Source: Actinomycetota bacterium (lineage in GTDB: Bacteria > Actinomycetota > Coriobacteriia > Anaerosomatales > UBA3086). From it: a stretch of 41,570 nt of DNA. The notes beneath the pieces were generated by a model. It ran no database searches. It saw only the letters and a list, made by a program, of their open reading frames with translations, and was not told the origin of the DNA. The stretch's first letter is position 1; every line of letters starts with the position of its first letter. The DNA lies in contig JAQIBK010000048.1 of the NCBI GenBank assembly GCA_027859125.1, positions 1 to 41,570 on the forward strand, given 5' to 3'. Made by a program: the position numbers and the translations under genes. Shown piece after piece: positions 25,370 to 35,786 of this stretch.

Positions 25370-26659
25370 CTACGAACGCTTGTCGATGACGCGCTTGGCT
25401 TTGCCTTGACTGCGCTCGATTGACTTGGGCTCCACGAGTTTGACTGCGATCGACACCGCGAGCGCCGACTGGATCTCACCTCGAACGCGATTCTGCAATG
25501 CCTCGAGTTCTCTGATCTCGTCGAAAAACATGTCAGGCGCAACTTCGACGTGCACCTCGACGGTATCCATCGACCCACGCTTGTCCAAGATGACCTGATA
25601 GTGCGGTGCAACGCCGGGAATACCCGCAAGCACCTGCTCGATCTGACTCGGGAAGACGTTCACGCCGCGAATGATAAGCATGTCGTCACTTCTGCCGGTG
25701 ACGCGCTCCATGCGCCTGAACCCGCGCCCACATGGGCACTCACCGGGAATGATCCTTGAGATGTCACGAGTGCGATAGCGGATGACGGGTATGCCTTCTT
25801 TTGTAAGAGTCGTGAAGACGACCTCTCCAGTCTCGCCATCAGGAACAGGCTGCAACGTTTCGGGATCGACGATCTCGATCAGGAAGTGATCCTCGTTGAC
25901 GTGAAGGCCGTGCTGCTCTGAACACTCGGATGCAACCCCGGGTCCGATGATCTCGGAGAGTCCATAGATGTCTATGGCCTTGCAGCCCAGAATCTCCTCG
26001 ACCTGAAGGCGCATGTTCTCGCTCCACGGCTCCGCACCGAAGATGCCGGCCTTGAGCGGCAGTTCGTGCAGATCGATACCCATCTCCTGCGCCGTCTCGG
26101 CGATGAGCAGCGCATATGAGGGAGTGCAGGCCAGTATCGTGGTTCCGAAGTCCTTCATGACTTGAACCTGGCGCTTGGTGTTCCCGCCGGATATGGGAAT
26201 CGTCACCGCTCCCAGTCTCTCGGACCCGTAGTGCGCCCCAAGACCACCCGTGAACAGACCGTAGCCGTAGGTGACCTGCACCACGTCTTCGTCGGTCGCG
26301 CCGGCACAAACAAGGGTGCGGGCCATGAGATCGGACCAGCGTTCGATATCACCCTTGGTGTAACCGACCACTGTGATCTGCCCAGTGGTACCCGACGATG
26401 AGTGTACGCGGACGATCTCCTTGAGCGGAACCGCGAACATCCCATAAGGGTAAGCTGAACGCATATCGTTCTTGACTGTGAAGGGGAACGCGCTCAGATC
26501 CTCGAGAGACCCGATTTCCGGAGACACGCCCGCAGCATCGAACTTGTCACGGTACAGAGGAACATTGTCATACACCCGTCTGAGAACGGTTCGCAACCGA
26601 TCGAGCTGCAACCCACGCAACTCCTCCGTGGGCATGGCCTCGAATTCAGGCTGGTACAT
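25370..26659 (-). CDS. paaK: phenylacetate-CoA ligase family protein, copy 2
   Basis: [23 protein letters not shown]..., SSSGTTGQ P-loop. Collinear with copy 1 over its whole length. Confidence 0.85.
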   Translation of the reverse strand: MYQPEFEAMPTEELRGLQLDRLRTVLRRVYDNVPLYRDKFDAAGVSPEIGSLEDLSAFPFTVKNDMRSAYPYGMFAVPLKEIVRVHSSSGTTGQITVVGYTKGDIERWSDLMARTLVCAGATDEDVVQVTYGYGLFTGGLGAHYGSERLGAVTIPISGGNTKRQVQVMKDFGTTILACTPSYALLIAETAQEMGIDLHELPLKAGIFGAEPWSENMRLQVEEILGCKAIDIYGLSEIIGPGVASECSEQHGLHVNEDHFLIEIVDPETLQPVPDGETGEVVFTTLTKEGIPVIRYRTRDISRIIPGECPCGRGFRRMERVTGRSDDMLIIRGVNVFPSQIEQVLAGIPGVAPHYQVILDKRGSMDTVEVHVEVAPDMFFDEIRELEALQNRVRGEIQSALAVSIAVKLVEPKSIERSQGKAKRVIDKRS

Positions 26660-26700
26660 GCGTGCCCCTCCCCCTAGATCGTCCTACAACGACATCTGAC

Positions 26701-28674
26701 CTATAGCGCAGGTGTGAGTGTCCCGGTGACCGGTTCCGACACCGGCATGGTTCCGACACGCACGACCTCCTCCTCAGGTTTATACACCGAAGTGAATACA
26801 TCGCGCCGAATTTCCGTTCCGGATTTAGTGACTATGCGAGTGACTGAGATCTTCTTGCCGTCCGCACCGGGGTCATCGACAACACGACTGCCGATCGGAA
26901 GAGTGGGGTCCTCGACCTCTCGCGTGCTGAACGCCTTCGAGACGCTCCACGAACCCACAACACTCTTGATCTCGTACCCCAGTTCCGGTCCATAGATGCT
27001 CAAGCGAATGCTGGAGTCAGTGTAGAACGCACGGATCAGAACCCAGTCGGCCGTATCGTTCTTGAACTTGAAATCGGGACTGGTCCACGAGACCGCTGCA
27101 TCACGGCCGGTGGGATAGTGAGAGATGTACAAAGAGTGCGGACTGCGTTCGACGACTGGCAGACCTGACTCGTAGACTGCATTGAAGATCGTGGTCGCGA
27201 TCTGGCAGATCCCGCCACCAAGCTGAGGCACCAACTCACCGTCAACGATTGCGGGCGCTGCCTGGTAGCCCTTGTCGGAGGTGCGGGGACCGATCGTACC
27301 GTTGAATGAGAAGACCTCGCCGGGCGCCAGCAGTGTGCCATCCAGAGCATCGGCGAGCGTGTGGATGTTGTTGACCCTGGGCTTGTTCGAGGAAGAGTAG
27401 GTCGTGGAGTACGTCCCTATTCGAGTCACGATACCCATGCCCTGCGCCATCTCGGTCGTTATCGCAGGAGCCACACGAGTGGTACGCAACTCCACATCCC
27501 TCTGGCGATCAACAAGAAGCCTTCGAGTCATTTCACGGGCAAGAGCCTCTATATCGGGCCCGACTCCATCCTGCGACGGAACAACTGAGACACTATCTCC
27601 GTCGACGGTGAAACGCGCATCCACGGGAGCCTTGCCAGCAGCCCCGACCCTTGGCCCGATCGTCGAAGACGCCGCGTCGGCTGAGATGAAGGCGACCAAA
27701 TGCATACGGTCCCCACCAGGAGCAATCTCTGACTGAGGGGACCCATCCGCCGTGGCGGTCGTGGTCTCTGTGTCGACAGCAGAGGCATCTCCCACCGACG
27801 GGTCCGCGATCTCGGCACGGAAAGCTATCCACGTCGCGACTTCCTGTGAAGTGAAGTCCCACTTCTGATCCTCAAAGACCACCGTGACCCCATCGGACAT
27901 GAATGTCTTGGCGTCAGCAAGCGCCTGCTGCGCATCCTCGTCAGTGACGGACACGGGCGTGAAATCCACCTGCAAGCTCACATTCCGCACGTCGGCAGAG
28001 CCGAGGGCGGCGATCATGTCTGACTCGACTGCATCAGCACGTACCGAGACTCCGACCACAGCAGGGACGATCGTCGCTTCCATGCCTTCGATCGATATCG
28101 ATGCATCCTTTGGCTCAACGTCGACGGCTGAGGCGACCCGCATCAGGAAACCGTCCATCAGACCCCGGTCCGACGAAGCCACCGCAGGCACATCCGCACG
28201 CTTGAACCAGGCTGCTACCCTTTCATTGACGCGAGTCATCAATCCGCCCGTGCGACCCACATCCATAGCCTCGTCAGCCATCGCTTCTCCGTCTGGCACG
28301 TAAGCTATGTCCGTGGAGGCCCAGATCCCCTCGTGCTCCTCAAAGGTGAGCACAATGCTCTCCGTCGCACGTTCGAGCAAGACACGCTCAAGCTCAACCT
28401 CGGCCTCGGCGGGCTTCATTCTGCCGACAGATATGTTCGCCACAGTCACACCCGGGTGAATCCGGCCGGTCGACAGCAGCGTGTCAGTGGCTCCCGCGAG
28501 CAGAACCAGAGCCACAACTACCGACGGAAGCCCGATCGTCCAACGCTTCCACCTGGGCCACTCGCGAAATGCACTCAGTACGGAGTCGATGCGGCCTGGC
28601 AAGCCTCGCTTTGAGGTTCGCACGCGGCCTCGACGGCTCACTTCTGTATCTTCCATGCCCTCACTCTTCATCAT
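26701..28674 (-). CDS. VanW-family protein with N-terminal TM anchor and C-terminal G5 domain
   Basis: VanW core (LAPGEVFSFNGTIGPRT...GGGICQIATTIFNAVYESGLPVVER..H). C-terminal G5-like segment (EDPTLPIGSRVVDDPGADGKKISVTRIV...). One TM helix near the N-terminus. ATGA overlap with the upstream DUF881 gene. Confidence 0.8.
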   Translation of the reverse strand: MMKSEGMEDTEVSRRGRVRTSKRGLPGRIDSVLSAFREWPRWKRWTIGLPSVVVALVLLAGATDTLLSTGRIHPGVTVANISVGRMKPAEAEVELERVLLERATESIVLTFEEHEGIWASTDIAYVPDGEAMADEAMDVGRTGGLMTRVNERVAAWFKRADVPAVASSDRGLMDGFLMRVASAVDVEPKDASISIEGMEATIVPAVVGVSVRADAVESDMIAALGSADVRNVSLQVDFTPVSVTDEDAQQALADAKTFMSDGVTVVFEDQKWDFTSQEVATWIAFRAEIADPSVGDASAVDTETTTATADGSPQSEIAPGGDRMHLVAFISADAASSTIGPRVGAAGKAPVDARFTVDGDSVSVVPSQDGVGPDIEALAREMTRRLLVDRQRDVELRTTRVAPAITTEMAQGMGIVTRIGTYSTTYSSSNKPRVNNIHTLADALDGTLLAPGEVFSFNGTIGPRTSDKGYQAAPAIVDGELVPQLGGGICQIATTIFNAVYESGLPVVERSPHSLYISHYPTGRDAAVSWTSPDFKFKNDTADWVLIRAFYTDSSIRLSIYGPELGYEIKSVVGSWSVSKAFSTREVEDPTLPIGSRVVDDPGADGKKISVTRIVTKSGTEIRRDVFTSVYKPEEEVVRVGTMPVSEPVTGTLTPAL

Positions 28675-29393
28675 TGGACCGCCTCGCCGTAGACAAGAAC
28701 GGGGGCCTCTTTTGCTGGAACGGTCACGCTATCTGATTGTTCGATCTCAACGGTAACGCCGGGAAATGTCGTCAGAGTGGTCTTCAGGCCGCCCGGAAGC
28801 GTGAGTGCTTGCTCAAGATCGCTCGAGGCTCCAATTGCAGTGATCTCATAGTTCTGGGAGAAAGTCTGTCCTTCAACGGAGACCCGACCGTTGCCCCCGC
28901 CAAAGCCCGACCGCGCGTCCAAGCGCACATCATTGACCGCAATAGCCTCTGCTCCACCGGTACGCAGCTCGTGCACCAATGCGACGAAGTCCTGAGGCAG
29001 AAGGACCCGATCCGGGTCGCTGATCGAGACGATTATCCCCGGACCCAACGCAGCCTCGAGTCCAGCAATGAGCCGAAGTGCGTTCAGTTCACGTGTCGCC
29101 TCATTGAGCACTTCGGTGCGGCTGACCGTCGCGCGCTCTGCATCAAGGATACGAGCCTGCACCCTCATGACTTCGTCGCGCAGCGAAACGTTCTCCACAG
29201 TGAGCTCCTGAATGATGATAGCCAGATCCTGGTCGGACTGACCTTCCAACGTCTGAGTGACGGTATCGTTGCCCCGCCACTGTGCAACGAGCAAGAATCC
29301 GACCAACAGCATGCCGATCACCAGACTTGCAAGAAGATGGACGTCATGGAATCCGCGTTCGACAACGTGCTCGGAGGCGTGCAGGGCTCGCAT
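28671..29393 (-). CDS. DUF881-family membrane protein (YlxW/YlxX-like), copy 2
   Basis: From MRALHASEHVV: a TM helix (LLASLVIGMLLVGFLLV), a coiled segment, then a conserved C-terminal domain paralogous to 29797..30528. The ORF extends to 29678 but that part overlaps sbp. A GTG nearer 29456 is possible. Confidence 0.7.
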   Translation of the reverse strand: MRALHASEHVVERGFHDVHLLASLVIGMLLVGFLLVAQWRGNDTVTQTLEGQSDQDLAIIIQELTVENVSLRDEVMRVQARILDAERATVSRTEVLNEATRELNALRLIAGLEAALGPGIIVSISDPDRVLLPQDFVALVHELRTGGAEAIAVNDVRLDARSGFGGGNGRVSVEGQTFSQNYEITAIGASSDLEQALTLPGGLKTTLTTFPGVTVEIEQSDSVTVPAKEAPVLVYGEAVQ

Positions 29394-29452
29394 TGACCCA
29401 TCGCGAAGGTGCAGGAGCCTGCCGCCCTGATCATCTTTCTGCGGTTGCGGCA

Positions 29453-29797
29453 CTACTCCCACCCCCGCCGACGGAACATGATCGACCTCACGACGCCAAG
29501 GTTGTCGAACACTCGCACGCCAAAGGCAACGACTGCGGCGAGGTAGAGCTCCTTGACGCCGATCCTGTCTCCGATGAAGACGATGAAACCGGCCATCAGG
29601 GTGTTCGTGATGAACCCGAAAACGAACGCTCGATCGGTGAAGGTCTCTTCGAGGCTGGAACGAACACCGCTGATGCACGAATCGAGAGCAGCGAGCACCG
29701 CCACACCAGCGTAGGTGAGCATGCTGGGCGGCACTCCGATGTCAGTCAGCAACCCGAGCGTCACGCCGAGTGCCAATGCGAGGACCAAGACCAACAT
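29453..29797 (-). CDS. sbp: small basic membrane protein (Sbp/DUF1290-like)
   Basis: 114 aa with three or four TM segments and a basic C-terminus (MFRRRGWE). It is sandwiched between two DUF881 genes, as in the Bacillus ylxX-sbp arrangement and in actinobacteria. Its start overlaps the stop of the upstream DUF881 gene by 1 nt (position 29797). Confidence 0.7.
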   Translation of the reverse strand: MLVLVLALALGVTLGLLTDIGVPPSMLTYAGVAVLAALDSCISGVRSSLEETFTDRAFVFGFITNTLMAGFIVFIGDRIGVKELYLAAVVAFGVRVFDNLGVVRSIMFRRRGWE

Positions 29798-30528
29798 CAG
29801 GCGTCCCCGTCCTCGGCTTGAACAGCGTACGTGGGACGGAAGCTGCCGCGATAGGCAGATACTTCGACCTCACTCAACTTGATCACACTCACATCGAGCC
29901 CGAACTGTGCACGGTAGGACTCGAATAGCAGCCCCGCTGCGGGATCACTGATCACTGCGTCGTAGAGCGCGTCGGAGTTGCCAACCGCGCTCACTGTATA
30001 GGGACCGCCCAATCGCTTCGCATTCACGAGAACGGTTGTGCCCGCGCATCGAATCGGTGTTGTCGCCACGACACGCTCACCGTTGACGTCTATCGCCTCA
30101 GCACCGCCGACGAAGAGCGCATTGACCACCGCTGCGATGTCGGAATCATGAATGAGGTAGAGATTGGGGTCGGTGCCCGGTGCCACATCACTGCCGTCAC
30201 CAAGCACCACCTGCACCCCGGGTCCTTCGATGCCGGTCAAACCAGCGGCAAGTCGAGCAGCCTCTATCTCATTGGTGAACGTGTCACGGATGCCCTGCTC
30301 GGAAGCAGCGACCTCTTCGAGTTCCGCTACCTGATCACGAAGGTCCGCCAGGCGGACTTCCAAGTCGCCTCGCTGGGCCTCCATGTTGTGCACGACAGTT
30401 GCGAGGTCAGACGCCCTGTCCGGCTGGGCACCATGGAGACGCGTGTTCGTATTGAAGGCCACGGCTAGCATGAACCCGAGAATGCCTATGACGACCACAA
30501 GAGTCGGCCGATGGAGGGGCTTGCTCAT
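29797..30528 (-). CDS. DUF881-family membrane protein (YlxW/YlxX-like), copy 1
   Basis: Short N-terminus, a TM helix (LVVVIGILGFMLAVAF), a coiled segment (LEVRLADLRDQVAELEE), and a conserved C-terminal domain (IHDSDIAAVVNALFVGGAEAIDVNGERV). Confidence 0.75.
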   Translation of the reverse strand: MSKPLHRPTLVVVIGILGFMLAVAFNTNTRLHGAQPDRASDLATVVHNMEAQRGDLEVRLADLRDQVAELEEVAASEQGIRDTFTNEIEAARLAAGLTGIEGPGVQVVLGDGSDVAPGTDPNLYLIHDSDIAAVVNALFVGGAEAIDVNGERVVATTPIRCAGTTVLVNAKRLGGPYTVSAVGNSDALYDAVISDPAAGLLFESYRAQFGLDVSVIKLSEVEVSAYRGSFRPTYAVQAEDGDA

Positions 30529-30568
30529 CCTGGGACACGCTCCGGTGCGACAGGGTCTACGAGTTGCG

Positions 30569-30598
30569 AATTATAGCAGGTCAGACCGTGTATTGTAA
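30569..30598 (-). promoter_or_regulatory. candidate sigma-70/SigA-type promoter for the DUF881-sbp-DUF881 operon
   Basis: The minus strand reads CTTACA (30598-30593), then 18 nt, then TATAAT (30574-30569). The -10 lies about 40 nt upstream of ATG 30528, in the only intergenic gap (96 nt) in this stretch. Confidence 0.4.
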
Positions 30599-30624
30599 GG
30601 CGCGTGACTCTTGTTGACTTGCCG

Positions 30625-33132
30625 TTACTGAAGCGTCATGGCGTTCTTGACGATCGTCATCCAACGTTCGGATATCTCTCTCATCGAACTCTCGTCCGCT
30701 CCCTCGGCTGTCACCGTGACCAGAGGTTCGCTCATGTGAGGGAGCACCAGAACCCATCCATCTCCGTCCAGAACCCTCACACCTTCGGTGAGATTCGGGT
30801 TCATGTCCTGTGTCGCTTCGGTGATAGCGCGCATCACGGCACCCTTGCGTTCGATTGGGCAGAACACATCCTCAACGCACTTGAAGAACCGAGGCAGCGA
30901 ATCCACGACGCTGTCGAGATCGACATCCAATGTGTCGATCATTCTTGCGATCATCGTCATCGCCATGACACCGTCATAGGACGAGAGAAAGCTCGGGAAG
31001 ATGTACCCGCCAGTACCCGATCCAGCAAAACCCACGTCGCCCTCTCGTGCAAGAATCGCCAACGAACGCTGCGAACGTCCCGGCCTGATCACCTTGCGTC
31101 CAGTTCGTTCAGCGATCAACTCGCATGTAGCCGATGCTCCAAGGGGCACGGCAACGGACTTCCCTGTCGGTTCCATGGTGCACCAGAGTTCGAGCACTGC
31201 GTGCAAGGCAGTATCTCCATCAAGTACGCGCCCCTTGGGCGTAATAAGTGTGATTCGCTCGCCACTGCGTTCGAATCGCACGCCAAAGTCGGCGGCGAAC
31301 AGTCCCATGGCGTGAATCGTCTCGTCATATCCTCCTGCTGACCTTGACCTGTCAGTCCAAGACGTTTCGGCATCGATGAAGGGGTTGAGAGACAGGAGAT
31401 TGACTCGTCGTCCTTCAAGAACATTCGGCATCACGATGGATGCGACACCATAGTCGAAGTCCGCAACCACTTTCCGCCAGCCATCTTTGAAGGGCATCCC
31501 ATACATAGCCTCGCCCAATCCGGTCGCGTAGTACTCGAGCGCCCGGGGAGGATAGATGATGTCGCCTATCTCCTTGAAGAATGCTCGCCTGAACTCCTCG
31601 CGGAAGTAGAGTCGCTCGACCTTCTTCTCGTCCCAGGGAGCGATATCCAGACCCGTCTTGTCATAGAAGTGAATCTCGAGTGACTGCCGTTCTGATTGCG
31701 AGGCGCACACGTGGACCCCGCCTGCACATCTGGTGTCGCGCGTCGTGAGTCTGTTCACGGCCTGTGACGCTACGCGGAGATCCCGAACGTTGCAGCCGGT
31801 CGCATTCAAGCCCGCCACCATAGCCCTCTTGATCATGCGCGACGAGCGGCTGGAATCACGGCTGACGACCACGTGCGAACCTTTTGACAGCAGAGTTCCG
31901 AACGCCTGCGCGGCCCGCATTGCGCGCTCCGGAGTTATGTCGATCCCAACAAGTCCCGCAATGCCGTTATCTCCGAACAACGACCGGTTGCCCGTGCTCT
32001 CCCAGATCAACGATGAGCTCACAACGGCGGACGGCTCAACCCGTTTGAACGGATATATCTGAACGTCTGCCCCAATGTGCGCTCCCCGCCCGATCATGGT
32101 CTCATCACCAATGACCGCTCCGATATCGACACGCGCGCGAGCACGGATATCGACCTGCCTGCACAGAACGGCACCATCAATAGTGGAGTTCTTTCCAATG
32201 AAGGAGTCGCTCCAGATGATCGAATGGCTCACGTTCGCCTCATTGCCGATCACGCAGTTGTCGCCGACAACGCAATGCCCGCCCAATCGAACGCCTTCTC
32301 TCACCTCGACGTTGGCGCCCAGAACCACGCCAATCCCCAGCTCGGCTGTCTGATCGATGCTGGTGCCCTCACCGACCCAGAGACCGTCGCGCGCTTTGAC
32401 TCCCGGGATGTAAACCATCGCCTGACCATCGAGAATGTCGTTGTGGCACTGCCTGTACGTGCCAAGACTACCCACGTCGCACCAGTACCCATCGACGACC
32501 CGCCCGTACAACGAGTACCCCTTCTCCATGAGCAGAGGAAACAGATCCGACGAGAAGTCGAACGGTTCACCTTCTGGTATGAACTCGAGAACCTTGGGAT
32601 CAATGACATAGATGCCCGTGTTGATCGTGTCCGAGAAGACCTGTCCCCATGTGGGCTTCTCAACGAACCTCTCGATGCGACCGTCCTCGTTGGTTATGAC
32701 AACTCCGAATTCGAGGGGTTCCGATACACTCTTGAGGGCGATTGTGACCGCGGCGCCCTTGTCGCGATGGAACGCTATGACGTCGGTCAGATCGATGTCG
32801 GTCATAGCATCACCGGATATGACAATGAACGGCTCCGTATCGTCCAGGAAGTACTCTGCGTTCTTGACTGACCCGGCGGTTCCGAGCGGTGTGTCCTCAT
32901 GCGCGTACTCGATGCGAACGCCCCACTCTTCACCGCTGCCGAAGTAATCCTCGATGACGTGCGGCATGAAGGCGAGCGTGGCGACTATGTCGGTGATTCC
33001 GTGATGCTTGACCAGGCCGACGATGTGTTCCATGACCGGCTGATTGACTATCGGAACCATGGGTTTGGGACGCGAGCTCGTTAGCGGCCGGAGGCGGGTA
33101 CCCTCGCCACCAGCCATAATAACAGCCTTCAT
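30625..33132 (-). CDS. fusion protein: sugar-1-phosphate nucleotidyltransferase (ManC/GMPP-like) + left-handed beta-helix + phosphohexomutase-like domains
   Basis: N-terminus [27 protein letters not shown] carries the GxGxR nucleotidyltransferase motif. Hexapeptide repeats span about residues 250-370. Residues from about 385 to 835 align by eye with PGM/PMM domains I-IV. Confidence 0.8.
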   Translation of the reverse strand: MKAVIMAGGEGTRLRPLTSSRPKPMVPIVNQPVMEHIVGLVKHHGITDIVATLAFMPHVIEDYFGSGEEWGVRIEYAHEDTPLGTAGSVKNAEYFLDDTEPFIVISGDAMTDIDLTDVIAFHRDKGAAVTIALKSVSEPLEFGVVITNEDGRIERFVEKPTWGQVFSDTINTGIYVIDPKVLEFIPEGEPFDFSSDLFPLLMEKGYSLYGRVVDGYWCDVGSLGTYRQCHNDILDGQAMVYIPGVKARDGLWVGEGTSIDQTAELGIGVVLGANVEVREGVRLGGHCVVGDNCVIGNEANVSHSIIWSDSFIGKNSTIDGAVLCRQVDIRARARVDIGAVIGDETMIGRGAHIGADVQIYPFKRVEPSAVVSSSLIWESTGNRSLFGDNGIAGLVGIDITPERAMRAAQAFGTLLSKGSHVVVSRDSSRSSRMIKRAMVAGLNATGCNVRDLRVASQAVNRLTTRDTRCAGGVHVCASQSERQSLEIHFYDKTGLDIAPWDEKKVERLYFREEFRRAFFKEIGDIIYPPRALEYYATGLGEAMYGMPFKDGWRKVVADFDYGVASIVMPNVLEGRRVNLLSLNPFIDAETSWTDRSRSAGGYDETIHAMGLFAADFGVRFERSGERITLITPKGRVLDGDTALHAVLELWCTMEPTGKSVAVPLGASATCELIAERTGRKVIRPGRSQRSLAILAREGDVGFAGSGTGGYIFPSFLSSYDGVMAMTMIARMIDTLDVDLDSVVDSLPRFFKCVEDVFCPIERKGAVMRAITEATQDMNPNLTEGVRVLDGDGWVLVLPHMSEPLVTVTAEGADESSMREISERWMTIVKNAMTLQ

Positions 33133-33172
33133 TGATCCCCCTGTCAGAGTGCGGCTAATTCGCTTCCAGACA

Positions 33173-33865
33173 TCAGTTGCTTCCTTGCTTGGGTCGAGCG
33201 ACCATACGCCGCGCTAGGTATGTGTATTGGATCGCGGTGCCAAGAGACAGAGTCAATCCGGCATAAACGAAAGCAAGCCCGATCGTTATGTCGGTGCCTC
33301 CGAGTGTGAACTCCGGCCATCCCAGCATGAGCAGCGAGAACCCCGCTAGAAGCGTGGCTGTCGTCACCTTTCCCGCATAGGTGACAGGCATGCGCATCTG
33401 ATGATGCTCCAGGCGATACGCCCCATAGAGCAAATAGACATCGCGCGCGACGAGTACGAAGACGACCCAGAGAGGAAGACGTCCAACCAGATACAGTCCC
33501 ACGACCCCGGTCGCGAGAAGCATTCGATCCACAAGCGGGTCGATGGCCTTGCCTATGGCTGTGACAGTTCCGGTCTTGCGAGCGATCCAACCATCCAGCC
33601 AGTCCGTGGAAGCCGCACCTGCGAAAAGTGAGAAGGCCAGTACATTCGACTTGTCGGAGATCAGAACGGAGAAGAAGAATGGGATCAACAGCAATCGCAA
33701 CAATGTAACTATGTTGGCTACAGTCCAGATGTCGTGCAGATGCTCATCGGTCTCACTCTTCAAGGGCTCACTCCGGTTGGGCTCTACCACCAAATCCTCC
33801 TTGTCAAATACGAGAAGCCTTGAGTGACGGCACACCCCAATCATGAATGTCTCCCCACGAGACAC
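33173..33865 (-). CDS. pgsA: CDP-alcohol phosphatidyltransferase (PgsA-like)
   Basis: Complete motif D-G-x2-A-R-x8-G-x3-D-x3-D in [28 protein letters not shown]. Polytopic membrane protein. The start is 33865 or ATG 33844. Confidence 0.8.
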   Translation of the reverse strand: MSRGETFMIGVCRHSRLLVFDKEDLVVEPNRSEPLKSETDEHLHDIWTVANIVTLLRLLLIPFFFSVLISDKSNVLAFSLFAGAASTDWLDGWIARKTGTVTAIGKAIDPLVDRMLLATGVVGLYLVGRLPLWVVFVLVARDVYLLYGAYRLEHHQMRMPVTYAGKVTTATLLAGFSLLMLGWPEFTLGGTDITIGLAFVYAGLTLSLGTAIQYTYLARRMVARPKQGSN

Positions 33866-33949
33866 CTTCTGTTCGCGCCGACTCTCCTCTTCTTAGATAC
33901 CCCATATGCGCACGGCATGTATCCTGTGTGCTGACACAATGCAGGCAGC

Positions 33950-35764
33950 ATGACCCGCGCTCACTGCTGTAGAGGGATTGAGGTTCGCCGAGTGGCATAT
34001 CTGTTCGGATGTGAGAACGTCCATCTGGAATATCCGACGAAGAAGGTCTTCGACTCGGTCACGCTCGGGATAAACGAGGGCGATCGCATCGGTATCGTCG
34101 GCGGAAATGGCGACGGCAAGTCCACGCTCCTGGCTCTGCTCGCCGGTTCAGTCGAGCCGGACGACGGACGTGTGATGCGGCGCGGCGGACCCACAATGCA
34201 TGCGCTCGGGCAGGCTGATGCCCTCGATCTCGAGGCGACCGTGGCCCATGAGATCGTCGGTGACACGCCTGAGTACGAATGGGCGTCGAATGCCCGGATC
34301 CGCAACATCATCCGCGGCCTCATCGCGGACATCCCGTGGGAGGGCCGGATCGGCGAACTCTCCGGTGGTCAGCGACGACGAGTGGATCTTGCCCGCGTGC
34401 TCATCGCGGACTGCGATGTGCTCATGCTCGATGAGCCCACTAACCATCTCGATGTTCACGCCATTGCGTGGCTGGCCGACCACCTCAGGAACCGTTGGCC
34501 CAAGAAGTCAGGTGTGCTCCTCGTGGTCACGCACGACCGCTGGTTCCTGGATGAAGTCGCCCTCAGCATGTGGGAGGTCCACAGCGGGCAGGTGGAGCAG
34601 TTCGAGGGCGGCTACTCGGCATATGTGCTCCAACGCGTTGAACGCGCGGAGGCCGCACAAACGGCCGAGCAGAAGCGCAAGAACCTCATGCGTAAGGAGC
34701 TCGCGTGGCTCTCGCGTGGTGCTCGCGCAAGGGCGACCAAACCCAAGTTCCATGTCGAGGCTGCACAAGCGCTGATTGCCGAAGAGCCGCCAGTGCGCAA
34801 CTCCCTGGAGCTGAAACGGACAGCGATATCCCGTTTGGGCAAGCAAGTCGTCGACCTTGTCAGCGTGACTCAGAGATTCGGTGACAACACAGTCCTTGAC
34901 GACGTCACGTGGCAGATCGGACCCGGAGACAGGTTCGGCATCCTGGGTGAGAACGGATCGGGCAAGACCACGCTCCTGAACATCCTTCAAGGAGCGCTGA
35001 AGCCCACGTCCGGTCATGTGAAGATCGGCAAGACAGTCAAATTCGCACTCCTGTCGCAGCATCTCAACGAGTTGAACGAGCTTGGAAAGCTCCGGGTCCG
35101 CGAGGTTCTATCCCGATACAAAACGCGCTACGAATTCGACGGAAAGGAGCTGACGCCGGCCCAGCTTCTTGAGCGTCTGGGATTCGATGCCGTCCAACTG
35201 TCCGCGGTGGTGGGCGACCTCTCAGGCGGGCAGAAGCGCCGTCTCATGCTGATGCTCATCCTCTTGGACAAGCCGAATGTGCTGATCCTGGATGAACCGG
35301 ACAACGACCTCGATATCGACATGCTGGCGGTTGTGGAGAGTCTCCTGGACACGTGGCCGGGCACACTTCTGCTCATCACCCACGACAGACATCTGATGGA
35401 ACGCGTCACGGATGATCAGTTCGCATTGCTTGACGGGAAGATCCGCCATGTCCCAGGCGGCGTCGACGAGTACCTGCGACTTCTCGACTCGCGCAGCGGC
35501 GCCTCTGCGGTAGCCAAGCCTGAGAAGACCAAACCAAAGAGAAACGCTGCCGGTGAGCACGCGCTAAAAAAGGAGATCGCCTCCACCGAGCGCAAACTGA
35601 GCACGCTCTGCGGAAAGGCCGACAAGATTCGCGAGGAAATGAAAGGCGCCGACCCAACCGACTATGTCGCGCTTGGAGACGTCCAGGCACGACTTCACGA
35701 TATGGAACGGAAGATCTCCGATCTGGAGGACGAGTGGATGCGTCTGTCCGAGAAACTCGGCTGA
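33950..35764 (+). CDS. ABC-F family ATPase (two fused ABC domains, Uup/EttA-like, C-terminal coiled coil)
   Basis: Two Walker A sites (GGNGDGKST, GENGSGKTT) and two signature motifs (LSGGQRRR, LSGGQKRR). An inter-domain linker of about 80 aa and no TM domain. The start is uncertain. GTG 33992 (VAYLFGCENVHLEY) is an alternative to ATG 33950. Confidence 0.85.
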   Translation: MTRAHCCRGIEVRRVAYLFGCENVHLEYPTKKVFDSVTLGINEGDRIGIVGGNGDGKSTLLALLAGSVEPDDGRVMRRGGPTMHALGQADALDLEATVAHEIVGDTPEYEWASNARIRNIIRGLIADIPWEGRIGELSGGQRRRVDLARVLIADCDVLMLDEPTNHLDVHAIAWLADHLRNRWPKKSGVLLVVTHDRWFLDEVALSMWEVHSGQVEQFEGGYSAYVLQRVERAEAAQTAEQKRKNLMRKELAWLSRGARARATKPKFHVEAAQALIAEEPPVRNSLELKRTAISRLGKQVVDLVSVTQRFGDNTVLDDVTWQIGPGDRFGILGENGSGKTTLLNILQGALKPTSGHVKIGKTVKFALLSQHLNELNELGKLRVREVLSRYKTRYEFDGKELTPAQLLERLGFDAVQLSAVVGDLSGGQKRRLMLMLILLDKPNVLILDEPDNDLDIDMLAVVESLLDTWPGTLLLITHDRHLMERVTDDQFALLDGKIRHVPGGVDEYLRLLDSRSGASAVAKPEKTKPKRNAAGEHALKKEIASTERKLSTLCGKADKIREEMKGADPTDYVALGDVQARLHDMERKISDLEDEWMRLSEKLG

Positions 35765-35786
35765 CGCGACACGAGAAAGGCCTCTT

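Noticed and set aside
29394-29678. A 95-residue N-terminal extension of the second DUF881 ORF.
   Set aside because: It is Arg/His-rich and overlaps the sbp gene on the same strand in another frame. The DUF881 features begin after M96.
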